From positions 2,106 through 66,105 of the forward strand of contig JAGDXP010000027.1 of NCBI GenBank assembly GCA_023256475.1: a stretch of 64,000 nt of DNA, given 5' to 3'. Under the pieces are notes generated by a model. That model saw only the letters and a list, made by a program, of their open reading frames with translations. It did not search any database and was not told where the DNA came from. The DNA is from Thermoplasmata archaeon (lineage in GTDB: Archaea > Thermoplasmatota > Thermoplasmata > Thermoplasmatales > GCA-001856825). A program made the position numbers and the translations under genes. The number at the start of each line of letters is the position of its first letter. Position 1 is the stretch's first letter. Below, piece after piece: positions 30,490-40,682 of this stretch.

Positions 30490-30834
30490 GTGAGGACCCT
30501 AATATTAAATGGTAAAATAGGTATTCAAAAATTGAAGGAAATCTTCAATGAGGTAACTGATGAATTAGAATTTGTGAAAGAATTTAAAACAAACGAGGTT
30601 GTAATAAGTATATTTGGCGGGTCTAAATTCATGTTCAGAACAGGAGATTATGTAGGCGTAGTTTTCCTGATAGAAACATATGAAAAGATGCAGAGAATCG
30701 ACGTCATTTCACTGGGTGGTGGCAAGGGTATATTTAACCTAAAATATGGTGCTGGAAAGGCCATAGAGAATTCCATTATGGAAGAGATAGAAAAAGTAGC
30801 AAATAAGATGTCAGTGGAATTTAAAGAGGAATGA
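30490..30834 (+). CDS. Hypothetical protein
   Basis: Purine-rich ORF, GGGKGIFNLKYGA segment; family not securely recognised. Confidence 0.65.
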   Translation: MRTLILNGKIGIQKLKEIFNEVTDELEFVKEFKTNEVVISIFGGSKFMFRTGDYVGVVFLIETYEKMQRIDVISLGGGKGIFNLKYGAGKAIENSIMEEIEKVANKMSVEFKEE

Positions 30835-30903
30835 CTTTAAATTTTGCTAAAGTAAAATATTGGAATATGTTTTATTTAAAAAAGTCATAATGATAAGAGG
30901 AGT

Positions 30904-32121
30904 ATGACTGAAAAAATCAAGATGAAGAATCCTGTGGTCGAAATTGATGGAGATGAAATGACAAGGGTCATGTGGAAATGGGTTAAGGATAAATTGATAT
31001 TACCATTTGTTGACTTAAAAACTGAATATTATGATTTGGGCCTCCCAAACAGGGATAAAACCGAAGATAAAGTGACATTTGAAGCTGCAAATGCAATAAA
31101 AAGATGGGGGGTCGGTGTTAAGTGCGCAACAATCACCCCTAATAAAGAAAGGATCAGGGAATACAATCTTAAGAAAGAGTGGCCGAGTCCAAACGCCACA
31201 ATAAGAAAAGAGCTGGATGGTACTGTCTTCAGGGCACCCATAATAGTTAATAGCGTCAAACCTGCTGTTAGATTCTGGAAGAAACCCATTGTTGTGGCGA
31301 GACATGCATTCGGTGACATTTATGACAATACGAGCATCAGATTCAATGAAGCTGGTACCGCTGAGATAATATTCAGGTCAAAAAAAGGAGAAGAAATCAG
31401 GGCAAAAATGCCAGAGTTTAAAGGTCCCGGAGTTTTGCAGTCCATATACAATATTGATGAATCCATTTATGGTTTTGCCAGAGCCACCTTTAACTATGCC
31501 CTGGCTATGAAGCTTGATTTATGGTTTGCTTCCAAAGATACAATATCAAAGGTTTATGATGCCAGGTTCAAGGAGATATTCAATGAGGTTTATGAAAAGG
31601 AGTTTAAGGAATCATTTGCAAAAGCTGGAATTAACTATAGTTACTTCCTTATTGATGATGCAGTGGCTAGGATTGTAAGAAGTGAAGGTGGAGTAGTCTG
31701 GGCATGCAAAAATTATGATGGTGATGTGTTTTCAGACTTTGTTTCAACTGCATACGTGGGAAGCCTAGCCCTGATGACATCTGAGCTTATGTCACCTCAT
31801 GGATATTATCTTTCTGAGGCAGCCCACGGAACTGTCCAAAGGCACTATTATAGATATCTTAAGGGAGAAAAGGTCTCGTCAAATCCCACAGCATTGATCT
31901 TTGCCTGGACTAGAGCATTGAAGAGAAGGGGAGAATTAGATGGTACACCTGATCTTGTGGAATTTTCAAATAATTTGGAGAAGGCGGTCATTAAGACCAT
32001 AGACCAAGACGGAATTGTTACACAGGACATAGCAAGGATCATGGATCCTCCCGCTGATAAGTTCGTTTATACCGAGGAGTTCATTGATGCCATTGCTAAA
32101 AATTTGATTGAATTGTTGTAA
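30904..32121 (+). CDS. icd: NADP-dependent isocitrate dehydrogenase, type II (eukaryote/Thermotoga-like)
   Basis: DGDEMTR, KCATITP, SPNATIR..LDGTVFR.PI, RHAFGD.Y, KNYDGDV, EAAHGTV.RHY. Confidence 0.95.
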   Translation: MTEKIKMKNPVVEIDGDEMTRVMWKWVKDKLILPFVDLKTEYYDLGLPNRDKTEDKVTFEAANAIKRWGVGVKCATITPNKERIREYNLKKEWPSPNATIRKELDGTVFRAPIIVNSVKPAVRFWKKPIVVARHAFGDIYDNTSIRFNEAGTAEIIFRSKKGEEIRAKMPEFKGPGVLQSIYNIDESIYGFARATFNYALAMKLDLWFASKDTISKVYDARFKEIFNEVYEKEFKESFAKAGINYSYFLIDDAVARIVRSEGGVVWACKNYDGDVFSDFVSTAYVGSLALMTSELMSPHGYYLSEAAHGTVQRHYYRYLKGEKVSSNPTALIFAWTRALKRRGELDGTPDLVEFSNNLEKAVIKTIDQDGIVTQDIARIMDPPADKFVYTEEFIDAIAKNLIELL

Positions 32122-32167
32122 ATGGTTTAATTCATTAATTTTAAATTTAATAAAATTCTATACCTTG

Positions 32168-33400
32168 ATGCCTGAAAGGTTAAGGGGCTTTAGGGATTTC
32201 TATCCAGAAGATCAAGAGATAAGAAGGGAAATTTTTGACACCATGAGAGATGAATGCAGAAAGTTTGGATTCAGAGAGGTCGATGGCCCCTCAATTGAAA
32301 GCGTGGATCTGTATGCACATAAATCAGGCGAAGAAATAATGGCCCAGATGTTCAATTTTATGGACAAGGGAGGAAGGGAAGTGACCCTTGTCCCAGAGTT
32401 CACACCAACCTTAGCTAGGATGGTTGCCTCTCGCAAAGATTTAATAAAGCCTCTAAAGTGGTATACGCTCGCAAAATTTTGGAGATATGAAGAACCACAG
32501 TCTGGAAGATTTAGGGAGTTCTATCAGTTGAATGCCGACATATTGGGATCAGATAGTTTACATGCTGATGTTGAAGTTCTGAATCTTGCGGGTTCCATAA
32601 TGAAAAGTCTCGGCTTAGGTAGCAAGGTAAAGCTCAAGATAAGTTCTAGGTCCTTATTGGAAGATATCATTAAATACTTGAATATTGAGAAAAAAGATAC
32701 TCTATATTATCTTTTGGATAGATGGGTAAAAATAAATGAGAAGGATAAAGAAAATTTAATTGGAGAACTAGGTATTTCCAAAGAAAAATTAGAGTCAATT
32801 ATAACGGGAAAGATAATAAATGAGTTGAAGTCGTCCAATTTAGATAGACTGATGAAGATTATGGACGAATTTAATGAATACGGCACCATTAAAATTGAAT
32901 TGGATTTGAAAATAGTGAGGGGTTTGGCTTATTATACCAGTACTGTCTTTGAAATTTGGGACTTAGAAGAAAAAATGAGGGCCATAATGGGTGGAGGAAG
33001 GTATGATAATATCATAAGTCAAATGAATGGTGACTATACACCAGCAGTGGGATTTGGAATGGGGGATGCAGTAGTTGAAAACTTATTGAAGAGGGAAGGT
33101 CTCTGGTATGAGAAAGATAAGAGGAGGGTGTTTATATCCATTGCGGATGATAAAGGCAGGAAGTATTCGTATTACGTTTCCAAAATGTTTAGGGAAAATG
33201 GAATAATAACTGACGTAAATGTAACAGAAAGAAATTTGGGAAAGCAGATAGAGTATGCTGCAAAAATGGGCTTCAAATACAGTATTATTTTGGGTGAAAG
33301 GGAATTTTCAAACAAGAATGTGAGCATAAGGGACCTTATTACAGGTGAGCAGTGGAGCATGAGCTTAGAGGAAGCCATTAACAAATTGAAAAATAGCTAA
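32168..33400 (+). CDS. hisS: Histidyl-tRNA synthetase
   Basis: RGFRDF, PEFTP, RYEEPQSGRFREFYQ, RGLAYYT, GGGRYD. Confidence 0.97.
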   Translation: MPERLRGFRDFYPEDQEIRREIFDTMRDECRKFGFREVDGPSIESVDLYAHKSGEEIMAQMFNFMDKGGREVTLVPEFTPTLARMVASRKDLIKPLKWYTLAKFWRYEEPQSGRFREFYQLNADILGSDSLHADVEVLNLAGSIMKSLGLGSKVKLKISSRSLLEDIIKYLNIEKKDTLYYLLDRWVKINEKDKENLIGELGISKEKLESIITGKIINELKSSNLDRLMKIMDEFNEYGTIKIELDLKIVRGLAYYTSTVFEIWDLEEKMRAIMGGGRYDNIISQMNGDYTPAVGFGMGDAVVENLLKREGLWYEKDKRRVFISIADDKGRKYSYYVSKMFRENGIITDVNVTERNLGKQIEYAAKMGFKYSIILGEREFSNKNVSIRDLITGEQWSMSLEEAINKLKNS

Positions 33401-33434
33401 AATATAAATAATAACCTAATATTGGTATTGGAAG

Positions 33435-33611
33435 ATGGATCCCATAGAAGATAAAATAGTGCATAAGAAAATAGGTAGAAACACAAACCTGACGGTAAAG
33501 GAAATAATGGATCTTGTTGAAAAATATAAAAAAGAATATCCAGATAGGGAAGTGTTCTTTGACGGAGATGAATTTGCTATCTGTTCTAGAAAAAAGGAGA
33601 TGAAATCTTAG
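33435..33611 (+). CDS. Small hypothetical protein (58 aa)
   Basis: MDPIEDKIVHKKIGRNTNLTVKEIMDLVEKYKKEYPDREVFFDGDEFAICSRKKEMKS; fills the hisS-hutH gap; TATA-like box upstream. Confidence 0.75.
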   Translation: MDPIEDKIVHKKIGRNTNLTVKEIMDLVEKYKKEYPDREVFFDGDEFAICSRKKEMKS

Positions 33612-35110
33612 GTATCAAATAAATTTCCAAATTCTTTAACTAAATCACCATTCTTGATCAATTTTGAAATTTTTTCGATGTATGGAGTCAGAGCAACATC
33701 ACCTTCTATATTTCCTAATTGAGACCTGAGTTTCTCAAAAACGTCAGTAAGATATTTTCCAGATACCCCATACATCAAAGTGGCCTTGTAATTTACAAGA
33801 AACTCAATGGAAATTATACCTATGAGATTATCAACAATCTGATTCAATTTCCTAGTCCCAGTAGCACCCATGGATACATGGTCTTCCTGGTTTGCAGAAG
33901 TTGGAATACTGTCAATAGATGAAGGAGTTGCTAGAACTTTATTTTCATTGCAAAGAGCTGCAGCTAAGTACTGAGATATCATTAGTCCTGATTCCAGACC
34001 AGGATTGTTAGCTAGGAATGGGCTCAATCCAGATAATTTTGAATCCAATATCCTGAATATTCTCCTTTCTATTATGTTGCCTAAATCTGTCAGGGCTATG
34101 GACAAATAATCTGCTGCCAATGCTATTGGTTCTCCATGAAAATTGCATCCCGATATGGGTTCTTCAAATATCAGTGGGTTGTCCGTGGCTGCATTTAATT
34201 CCCTTTCTAATATTTCCTTAACAAAATTCATGGTTCTAAGCACTGATGCAATAACTGTTGGAGCACATCTCAAAGAATATGCATCCTGTACCTTTGTTTT
34301 TCTCCCCCAATTTACTCCCTCATTATCAGTTATGATATTGCTTATGATCTCTGAAACTTTAATCAATTCTGGAAAATTCCTTGCCTTGGCGAGTTCTAAT
34401 CTCAATGCTTTGTCCGTCGCTTTCAAAGTGCTAAATGACCATGCAGTAGAAATATATGTATTCCTTATTGCTAATTCTGCATACCAATATGCTATTGCAA
34501 GCAGAGATAGCATGTATGATGTTCCATTTATTAGAGACAAACCCTCCTTCTCCTTAAGTTCAAGAGGTTTGATACCTCTCTCTTTGAAAACCTCTGAAGT
34601 ATCCCTTATTTTTCCTTTATCTATGACTTTCCATTCACCTATTAAAACCAATGCCAGATGTGCTAATGGAGACAAATCCCCCGATGCGCCCACACTCCCT
34701 TTCTCTGGAATATAAGGAATGATGTCCTTGTTTAAAAATTCAATAAGCAATTCAATAAGTTCTGGAGAGACTCCAGAGAAACCCTTAGCCAGCGCATTAG
34801 CCCTGGATAAAATTATTCCCCTTACAAATTCTCGTTTAAGAGGTTCCCCATAGGCGGTTGAATGTGAACGTAAGAGATTAATTTGGAGCTCCCTTTCCTT
34901 AGCCTCGTCAATCCTCACATTAACCAATTCCCCAAATCCTGTATTAATTCCATAGACAGGTTCACCATTGGAAAGCATTCTCTCGACTTTTTCTCTGCTT
35001 TCCTTAACAACCTTTCTTGCCCCTTCGCTTAATTTGACTTTCTCATCATAAATCACAACCTTAATGAAATCCTCTAAATTGAGATTATTTCCATCAATAA
35101 TTATAACCAT
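33608..35110 (-). CDS. hutH: Histidine ammonia-lyase
   Basis: YGINTGFG, GSVGASGDL (MIO tripeptide), QDAYSLRC, NFHG, NQEDHVSMG. Confidence 0.97.
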   Translation of the reverse strand: MVIIIDGNNLNLEDFIKVVIYDEKVKLSEGARKVVKESREKVERMLSNGEPVYGINTGFGELVNVRIDEAKERELQINLLRSHSTAYGEPLKREFVRGIILSRANALAKGFSGVSPELIELLIEFLNKDIIPYIPEKGSVGASGDLSPLAHLALVLIGEWKVIDKGKIRDTSEVFKERGIKPLELKEKEGLSLINGTSYMLSLLAIAYWYAELAIRNTYISTAWSFSTLKATDKALRLELAKARNFPELIKVSEIISNIITDNEGVNWGRKTKVQDAYSLRCAPTVIASVLRTMNFVKEILERELNAATDNPLIFEEPISGCNFHGEPIALAADYLSIALTDLGNIIERRIFRILDSKLSGLSPFLANNPGLESGLMISQYLAAALCNENKVLATPSSIDSIPTSANQEDHVSMGATGTRKLNQIVDNLIGIISIEFLVNYKATLMYGVSGKYLTDVFEKLRSQLGNIEGDVALTPYIEKISKLIKNGDLVKEFGNLFDT

Positions 35111-35330
35111 GATTTTGTAGATAATACTTAAATTTATTTTTTATGTGTTATCCTCTCCTCATCTCATCTCGGATACATTTGAACATGCTACATGCATTGA
35201 AGAAATTAACAATTTTTTTAGAAAATATAGCAAAAGATTTGTATAAGTCGGATATTTTGTTTAAATTGAAGGGGTTTTTCTCGAAAAAATTTATATAACA
35301 TGTGTACTATTATCAGCTTGAGGTGTTCTA

Positions 35331-37256
35331 TTGACCGAAGAAAAACCTATTGAGGAAGTGGCGGAGCGTATAGCTTCTAAATCAGACAAGAAGCTAAGGA
35401 AGGCGCTCACCCTGCAAGATCTATTCTTCCTCTCTATGGGAGGGATAATAGGATCTGGATGGCTACTGGGAGTTGCAGGAGGCGCCAGCATTGCAGGACC
35501 GGCAGCCATTGTGTCTTGGATACTTGGCGGAATAATAGTGCTGTTCATTGCATTAGTATTTGCTGAAATAGCAGGAGCAATTCCAAAATCTGGTTCAATA
35601 GTTAGGTATCCACATCTTGCATACGGTTCCTATGCTGGATTCATACTTTCATGGGCATATTTGCTTTCCGCAGTAACTGTACCAACTGTTGAAGCTGAGG
35701 CTGTTTTGAGCTATGCTTCCGTGTACATACCTAATCTATTCTATACAGTAACAATAACTACCCCAACTGGTACACACTCAGTGTCTGTATTGACTGGATT
35801 TGGTATATTCCTGGGGATGATCCTACTTGTACTATTCTTCTTTCTAAATTACGCCGGAATAAGGTTCCTTGGTAAGTTCAATACTGTTGCCACATGGTGG
35901 AAGTTCATTATTCCAACCATAACATTCATAGCCTTATTCTTTATATTTAACAAGAGTAACTTTACCATATCGGGTTTTGCACCTTATGGCTGGAATAACG
36001 TATTCTATGCAATACCTGCGGGAGGAATAGTATTTGCTTACCTTGGTTTCAGGCAAGCTCTGGAATTTGGAGGAGAAGCTAAGAATCCACAAAGAGACAT
36101 ACCTAGAGCAACAATTTACTCAGTATTGGCAGCCATAGTCCTCTATACATTGCTCCAGATAGCTTTCATAGGTGCTTTAAAATGGGTTCCGAGTGAAACA
36201 GGAAATTTGGCCCCTGGTTCATGGTCATCCATAACTAGTGCGCCGGTAGGAGGGGCTCCATTCTTTACAGAATTGGAATACAGTGGGATTGCAGCTCTAG
36301 CGGCATTCAGCTACTTATTACTCATAGATGCCTGGATTTCACCATCTGGAACAGGCTGGATCTATTTAGGTAATGGTGGCCGTGTCGTCTACGGTGTTGC
36401 TGCAGATGGCTATCTCCCAAAGAAGTTCCTTGATATTTCCGAGAAGACAAGAGTACCTTGGGTTGCACTTATAGCAGCCCTATTGATAGGTTTTGTATTC
36501 TTCCTTCCATTCCCATCATGGTATTTGTTCGTAGGATATATATCAAGTGCTACTGTATTAACATATGTAATAGGACCGATTGCACTTCATGCATTTAGGA
36601 AGCATGCCCCGGAACTGAAAAGACCATTCAAGTTGCCAGCTGCATCCATAGTAGCACCCATAGGTTTCATAGGTGCAGGATTAATTGTCTATTGGGCTGG
36701 ATTAGCAACATTAACTCTTGTGTTTGGTACAGTATTCATAGGGCTCTCACTATTCTATTTATTCTATGCGCCAAATAAACTAAAACTCAGTAAGGGTTAC
36801 TCATATGCTATTGGAATTATAATCCTAATATCAATGCTTTTCACTACATACTGGTCCTATGCCAAGATTGATTACCCGCCAGCCGGGGAAACCTATTCAC
36901 AAAACTTGCAGGCTTTCCTACTAGTATATCTATTAGACTTAATAATCGTGATTGGGACAACTTTGCTCACATATTACAAAGTACCACAGGAGCACAGGGT
37001 TATTTTCAAATCCTCTGCATGGCTATTAACCTTGATATTTGTAACTTTCTTGGTCTCATACTTTGGCTCATTCGGAGTAACAACTATAATACCTAATGCC
37101 CCTCAGGTCAGCTTCCTTGCATTCCCATACGATACATTAGTAATGATTGTAATCCTTCTGATAATATATGTCTTAGGACTTAGGGCTGGATATAAGACAG
37201 AAGATCTTCAGGCAGTAATAGACGAGCAGGCATCGACAGTTGAGGAACCTCAATAA
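35331..37256 (+). CDS. APC-family amino acid permease
   Basis: GGIIGSGWL, GFRQALEFGGEAKNPQRD; GAGGTG RBS before TTG. Confidence 0.93.
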   Translation: MTEEKPIEEVAERIASKSDKKLRKALTLQDLFFLSMGGIIGSGWLLGVAGGASIAGPAAIVSWILGGIIVLFIALVFAEIAGAIPKSGSIVRYPHLAYGSYAGFILSWAYLLSAVTVPTVEAEAVLSYASVYIPNLFYTVTITTPTGTHSVSVLTGFGIFLGMILLVLFFFLNYAGIRFLGKFNTVATWWKFIIPTITFIALFFIFNKSNFTISGFAPYGWNNVFYAIPAGGIVFAYLGFRQALEFGGEAKNPQRDIPRATIYSVLAAIVLYTLLQIAFIGALKWVPSETGNLAPGSWSSITSAPVGGAPFFTELEYSGIAALAAFSYLLLIDAWISPSGTGWIYLGNGGRVVYGVAADGYLPKKFLDISEKTRVPWVALIAALLIGFVFFLPFPSWYLFVGYISSATVLTYVIGPIALHAFRKHAPELKRPFKLPAASIVAPIGFIGAGLIVYWAGLATLTLVFGTVFIGLSLFYLFYAPNKLKLSKGYSYAIGIIILISMLFTTYWSYAKIDYPPAGETYSQNLQAFLLVYLLDLIIVIGTTLLTYYKVPQEHRVIFKSSAWLLTLIFVTFLVSYFGSFGVTTIIPNAPQVSFLAFPYDTLVMIVILLIIYVLGLRAGYKTEDLQAVIDEQASTVEEPQ

Positions 37257-37294
37257 AACCTTAATTTTTTATATCAATTTTATTTTTAATTTTT
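37257..37294 (+). terminator. Oligo-T archaeal terminator region (may overlap the next promoter)
   Basis: Several T-tracts right after the permease stop. Confidence 0.4.
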
Positions 37295-38128
37295 ATGGAT
37301 TTTGAATTAAGAGGGAGAGTAACCATTGGAATAGTTTACATAGAAAATCAAGCTTTTGTTATTGATTCCGGCATAGATGAAAACGAAATTAGGAAGACTA
37401 TAAATTACTTAGAATCTAATGGCAAAAAAATAGAAGGGTTGTTATTAACGCATTATCACGCAGATCATTCAGGCGGAGCTTATTTTGCCAGGAAGAGAGG
37501 TATTAATATCTATGGGGATGATGAGACTCAATTTATTTTAAGGCACCCTGAAACAGCACATTTACTTTTCACCGGTTTTTTCAATGAAGTATTTATTCAG
37601 TCCAAATTCATAACACCAAACCCTGTGGAAATCTATAATATTAACCAATTAAACTTTAAAAATATCCCGAAAATAATAGATTTGAAGGGTCACACGATGA
37701 ACCAAATAGGTTATCAGTTTGGGGATTTATTATTTGTGGGTGATGCATTATTTTCAGAAACCAACCTTGAAAAACACCCTATACCATACTTTGTAGATTT
37801 TTCAAATTTTAAGAATACCCTGATGAAAATAAGAGATATGTCAATTAGTAAGGTTGTATGTAGTCATGGTGGGCTACTTGATAATCCATCAAAAACTATC
37901 GAATTTAATTTGGAGAGATTGAGGGAAATAACTGAATTGATTGATGATGTTGTACGTAGAAAAAATGATTCAATGAACTATGTAATTTCTGAAATTCTAA
38001 GACACTACAATATCCCAAGAAGCAGCATTGAATATTTCCTGGATACAGCAGCTCTTAAATCTATTATAATGTCCATTTTTAAAATTGAGTATTATGAAGG
38101 TGAGCTTTATCTGAAAGAAAGAAAATAA
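37295..38128 (+). CDS. Metallo-beta-lactamase fold hydrolase
   Basis: IDSG, THYHADHSGG, GHT, GDA, HG. Confidence 0.9.
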   Translation: MDFELRGRVTIGIVYIENQAFVIDSGIDENEIRKTINYLESNGKKIEGLLLTHYHADHSGGAYFARKRGINIYGDDETQFILRHPETAHLLFTGFFNEVFIQSKFITPNPVEIYNINQLNFKNIPKIIDLKGHTMNQIGYQFGDLLFVGDALFSETNLEKHPIPYFVDFSNFKNTLMKIRDMSISKVVCSHGGLLDNPSKTIEFNLERLREITELIDDVVRRKNDSMNYVISEILRHYNIPRSSIEYFLDTAALKSIIMSIFKIEYYEGELYLKERK

Positions 38129-38136
38129 CAGTAGAT

Positions 38137-39003
38137 TCATGTTAAACTTAAAATTTCTTTTAAAATTTTTGTTCTTACCTCCGACGGAGTACCCTTCAAT
38201 GGTTCATATTTCAAATTAACAAGATATGTAGAAGACGTAACCTCCTCTATAAAAATATCCTCTAAAGATGCAAATCCTTCTTCGGCCATGAATGTGCTTA
38301 TTTTCTGTCTCAATTCATCAAAATCTTTGCTTTTTGAAACTTCGAATCTTATGTTGTGAATTCTTTTTTCTGTGTGAGTCACTATAAGAGCCTGTATCAC
38401 TATACTATTAGGCATTTTAACTATTGTTTGATCATCTCTCTTGATTATTGTATAAAATATGGTGATTTCATCTACAACACCTTTAATTGAAGCTAAAAAT
38501 TCGTCTCTAGAGAAGAATTTGGGTGGTATTGTTGGCATCAAGAATCCGTATTGCCATGTATTTATTTCTACGTAATCTCCTAAAATAAATGGCTTATTCC
38601 ATATTATCAATATACCCGCAAATAGATTAGAAAGAACCTGCTGAGCTGCAAGTCCTATTATTACAGATCCAAATGCGGAACCTAATATTACTGATGATAG
38701 ATCGATCCCTAACGTAGCAAGAACCGCCAGTACTATTACAAAGTAGCTTAGAACAGAAACTAGGAAAAGCAATGGCTTAGCATTTTTCTTTTCCAAATTA
38801 GTTTCTAGAACATTAGCAAAGGCTTTTAACAATATCCTAAATATAAAAAATAAAACTATTGCTATTAATGCAGCAGTGATATATTTATCATACTTAACTT
38901 GGGCAAACAAAAACACCTGAGTTATTATGAATATTATAGCCATTAGTATTGTTCCAGCTATGACTATTCTCCAGAATAATTTGCCAACTTCTTTATAGCC
39001 CAC
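38137..39003 (-). CDS. mscS: Small-conductance mechanosensitive channel
   Basis: GLAAQQVLSNLFAG, PF..GD, MPNS; GTG start near 39003 preferred over the track start. Confidence 0.9.
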   Translation of the reverse strand: MGYKEVGKLFWRIVIAGTILMAIIFIITQVFLFAQVKYDKYITAALIAIVLFFIFRILLKAFANVLETNLEKKNAKPLLFLVSVLSYFVIVLAVLATLGIDLSSVILGSAFGSVIIGLAAQQVLSNLFAGILIIWNKPFILGDYVEINTWQYGFLMPTIPPKFFSRDEFLASIKGVVDEITIFYTIIKRDDQTIVKMPNSIVIQALIVTHTEKRIHNIRFEVSKSKDFDELRQKISTFMAEEGFASLEDIFIEEVTSSTYLVNLKYEPLKGTPSEVRTKILKEILSLT

Positions 39004-39169
39004 TCCCAAGCATATCCTAATTATAAATAATACTTTCTGAGAATTAAATTGTTTGATATACCGCACGAGATTTAATTGAAGATACAAAGCTATTGTCTCA
39101 GCCAACTACCTTCGTATAAATTACTGGCATTGATCTTGTTTTTATAAGAGTATTTTATAACCCTATAGT

Positions 39170-39787
39170 ATGGCTACTTATGTTATAGAGTACAAAAGGT
39201 CCTTCTTTTCGAAAAGGGAAATACGTGATATTTTCATATCAATAGTTGCCCTTTCAATAGCATTAGAATTAGCATATAGGTTTATTCCCGTCTATTTGGG
39301 GTTAGGAATTTCATTTCTAATGGTTATAACTGCATTTTTCCTCCACGAAATGGCCCATAAATTTACTGCAATAAGATTGGGTGCTTGGTCAGAGTTTAGG
39401 ATGTGGCCATTGGGTGTGCTTTTAACCTTAATAACCTCCTTATTAGGTTTTATTTTCGCTCTACCTGGTGCTGTTTACTTTGCAAGCTATAGAAATCCCA
39501 GAATTGAATCAAAAATAGCCCTTGCAGGTCCAACAACTAATATTGTGTTAGGGATCATAATGCTCCTGATTTTAATGTTTGTTAATTTACACGGATTATT
39601 GTTGGTTGCAATAGGTTATCTGGCATTCATTAATATCTGGCTGGCCTTCTTCAATTTACTACCTATCCCTCCCCTCGATGGAAGCAAAATTTTCCGATTT
39701 GATAGGCTGAATTGGGGATTGGCTATTGCAATATCAGGGGTTATGCTAGTTTATTTCTGGCTTAATTTCAGTATGATATTATACTGA
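39170..39787 (+). CDS. Site-2 protease (peptidase M50)
   Basis: HEMAH, AGP..N, FNLLPIPPLDG. Confidence 0.93.
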   Translation: MATYVIEYKRSFFSKREIRDIFISIVALSIALELAYRFIPVYLGLGISFLMVITAFFLHEMAHKFTAIRLGAWSEFRMWPLGVLLTLITSLLGFIFALPGAVYFASYRNPRIESKIALAGPTTNIVLGIIMLLILMFVNLHGLLLVAIGYLAFINIWLAFFNLLPIPPLDGSKIFRFDRLNWGLAIAISGVMLVYFWLNFSMILY

Positions 39788-39790
39788 ATT

Positions 39791-40012
39791 TTATTTTCTA
39801 TTTTCAGTAAATATGAACCATGTGAAATCCCCTATGTCCACATGTTGCTCGATCTTGTACTTCTTCTCTCTTAAAATAAGCGTATCTGAATTTTTGAGAA
39901 GCTTCCATTCCTTGGTACCCACCTGAAATCCTATACCATAATAGATTGGATTATCCGAGAATTTTATAGGTTCTGCCTTAATTCTTTCATTCCCCAGCTT
40001 TATCTCTTCCAC
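39791..40012 (-). CDS. Hypothetical protein
   Basis: 73 aa ORF overlapping the dedA stop. Confidence 0.6.
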   Translation of the reverse strand: MEEIKLGNERIKAEPIKFSDNPIYYGIGFQVGTKEWKLLKNSDTLILREKKYKIEQHVDIGDFTWFIFTENRK

Positions 40013-40625
40013 TGGAATTCCTCCTTATGAATATATACGATATATATATTATAATGATTACTAATGCCGCCATTCCTATATAGTTAACATATGACAATAG
40101 TTCAACATATCTATAACCCACCACGTAACCGATATAAGCTAATCCTCCAGACCAAATGAATGAACCGGATAAAGTTAATAAAGAAAATTTTAAAATATTC
40201 ATTTCAACAATTCCTGCAGGTACACTCATGAATGATCTTATGCCTACTACAAATCTCCCAGCAAAGACGGTCCATTCGCCTTTAGTATTGAACCAGATTT
40301 CAGCCCGCTCTAAATGACTCTCCTTTAGACCTAGGTATTTTCCAATCCCTAATATTACAGGCCTCCCCCCAAACATTGAAATATAGTATAATAGAAGGTT
40401 TCCAAAAAAGCCACCGACTGATCCTGCGACCATGTATTCAAAGAAGATCAATGGTTTTCCGCTAGAGTATATACCGCTTAAGGGCATAACCAATTCAGAG
40501 GGAATTGGAATCCCTAAACCTTCCAATGTCATAAGAAAAAAAACACCAATTGGACCAAATTTCCCTATAACTGTGAGTGAGTATGATATTAATGTCTGAA
40601 TTATTGATGATAGAGATATAATCAC
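39987..40625 (-). CDS. DedA family membrane protein
   Basis: LEG.GIPIPSE, GG..G, GRFVVGIR.F.S.PAG. Confidence 0.93.
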   Translation of the reverse strand: MIISLSSIIQTLISYSLTVIGKFGPIGVFFLMTLEGLGIPIPSELVMPLSGIYSSGKPLIFFEYMVAGSVGGFFGNLLLYYISMFGGRPVILGIGKYLGLKESHLERAEIWFNTKGEWTVFAGRFVVGIRSFMSVPAGIVEMNILKFSLLTLSGSFIWSGGLAYIGYVVGYRYVELLSYVNYIGMAALVIIIIYISYIFIRRNSSGRDKAGE

Positions 40626-40682
40626 GATTCAATAGAATGAATGTGTATTAAATTTTTATGCCGCGCTTTCTTATCTTTTCTA

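Noticed and set aside
33405-33425. ATAACCTAAT resembling half of the DtxR box
   Set aside because: Half-site only, no palindromic partner
34143-34715. Long antisense ORFs (this one opposite hutH, 55969..56571 opposite egsA, and the many 60-130 aa overlapping ORFs)
   Set aside because: They shadow well-supported genes, are Ser/Ile/Phe/Pro-rich as expected for reverse-complement frames, and have no motifs
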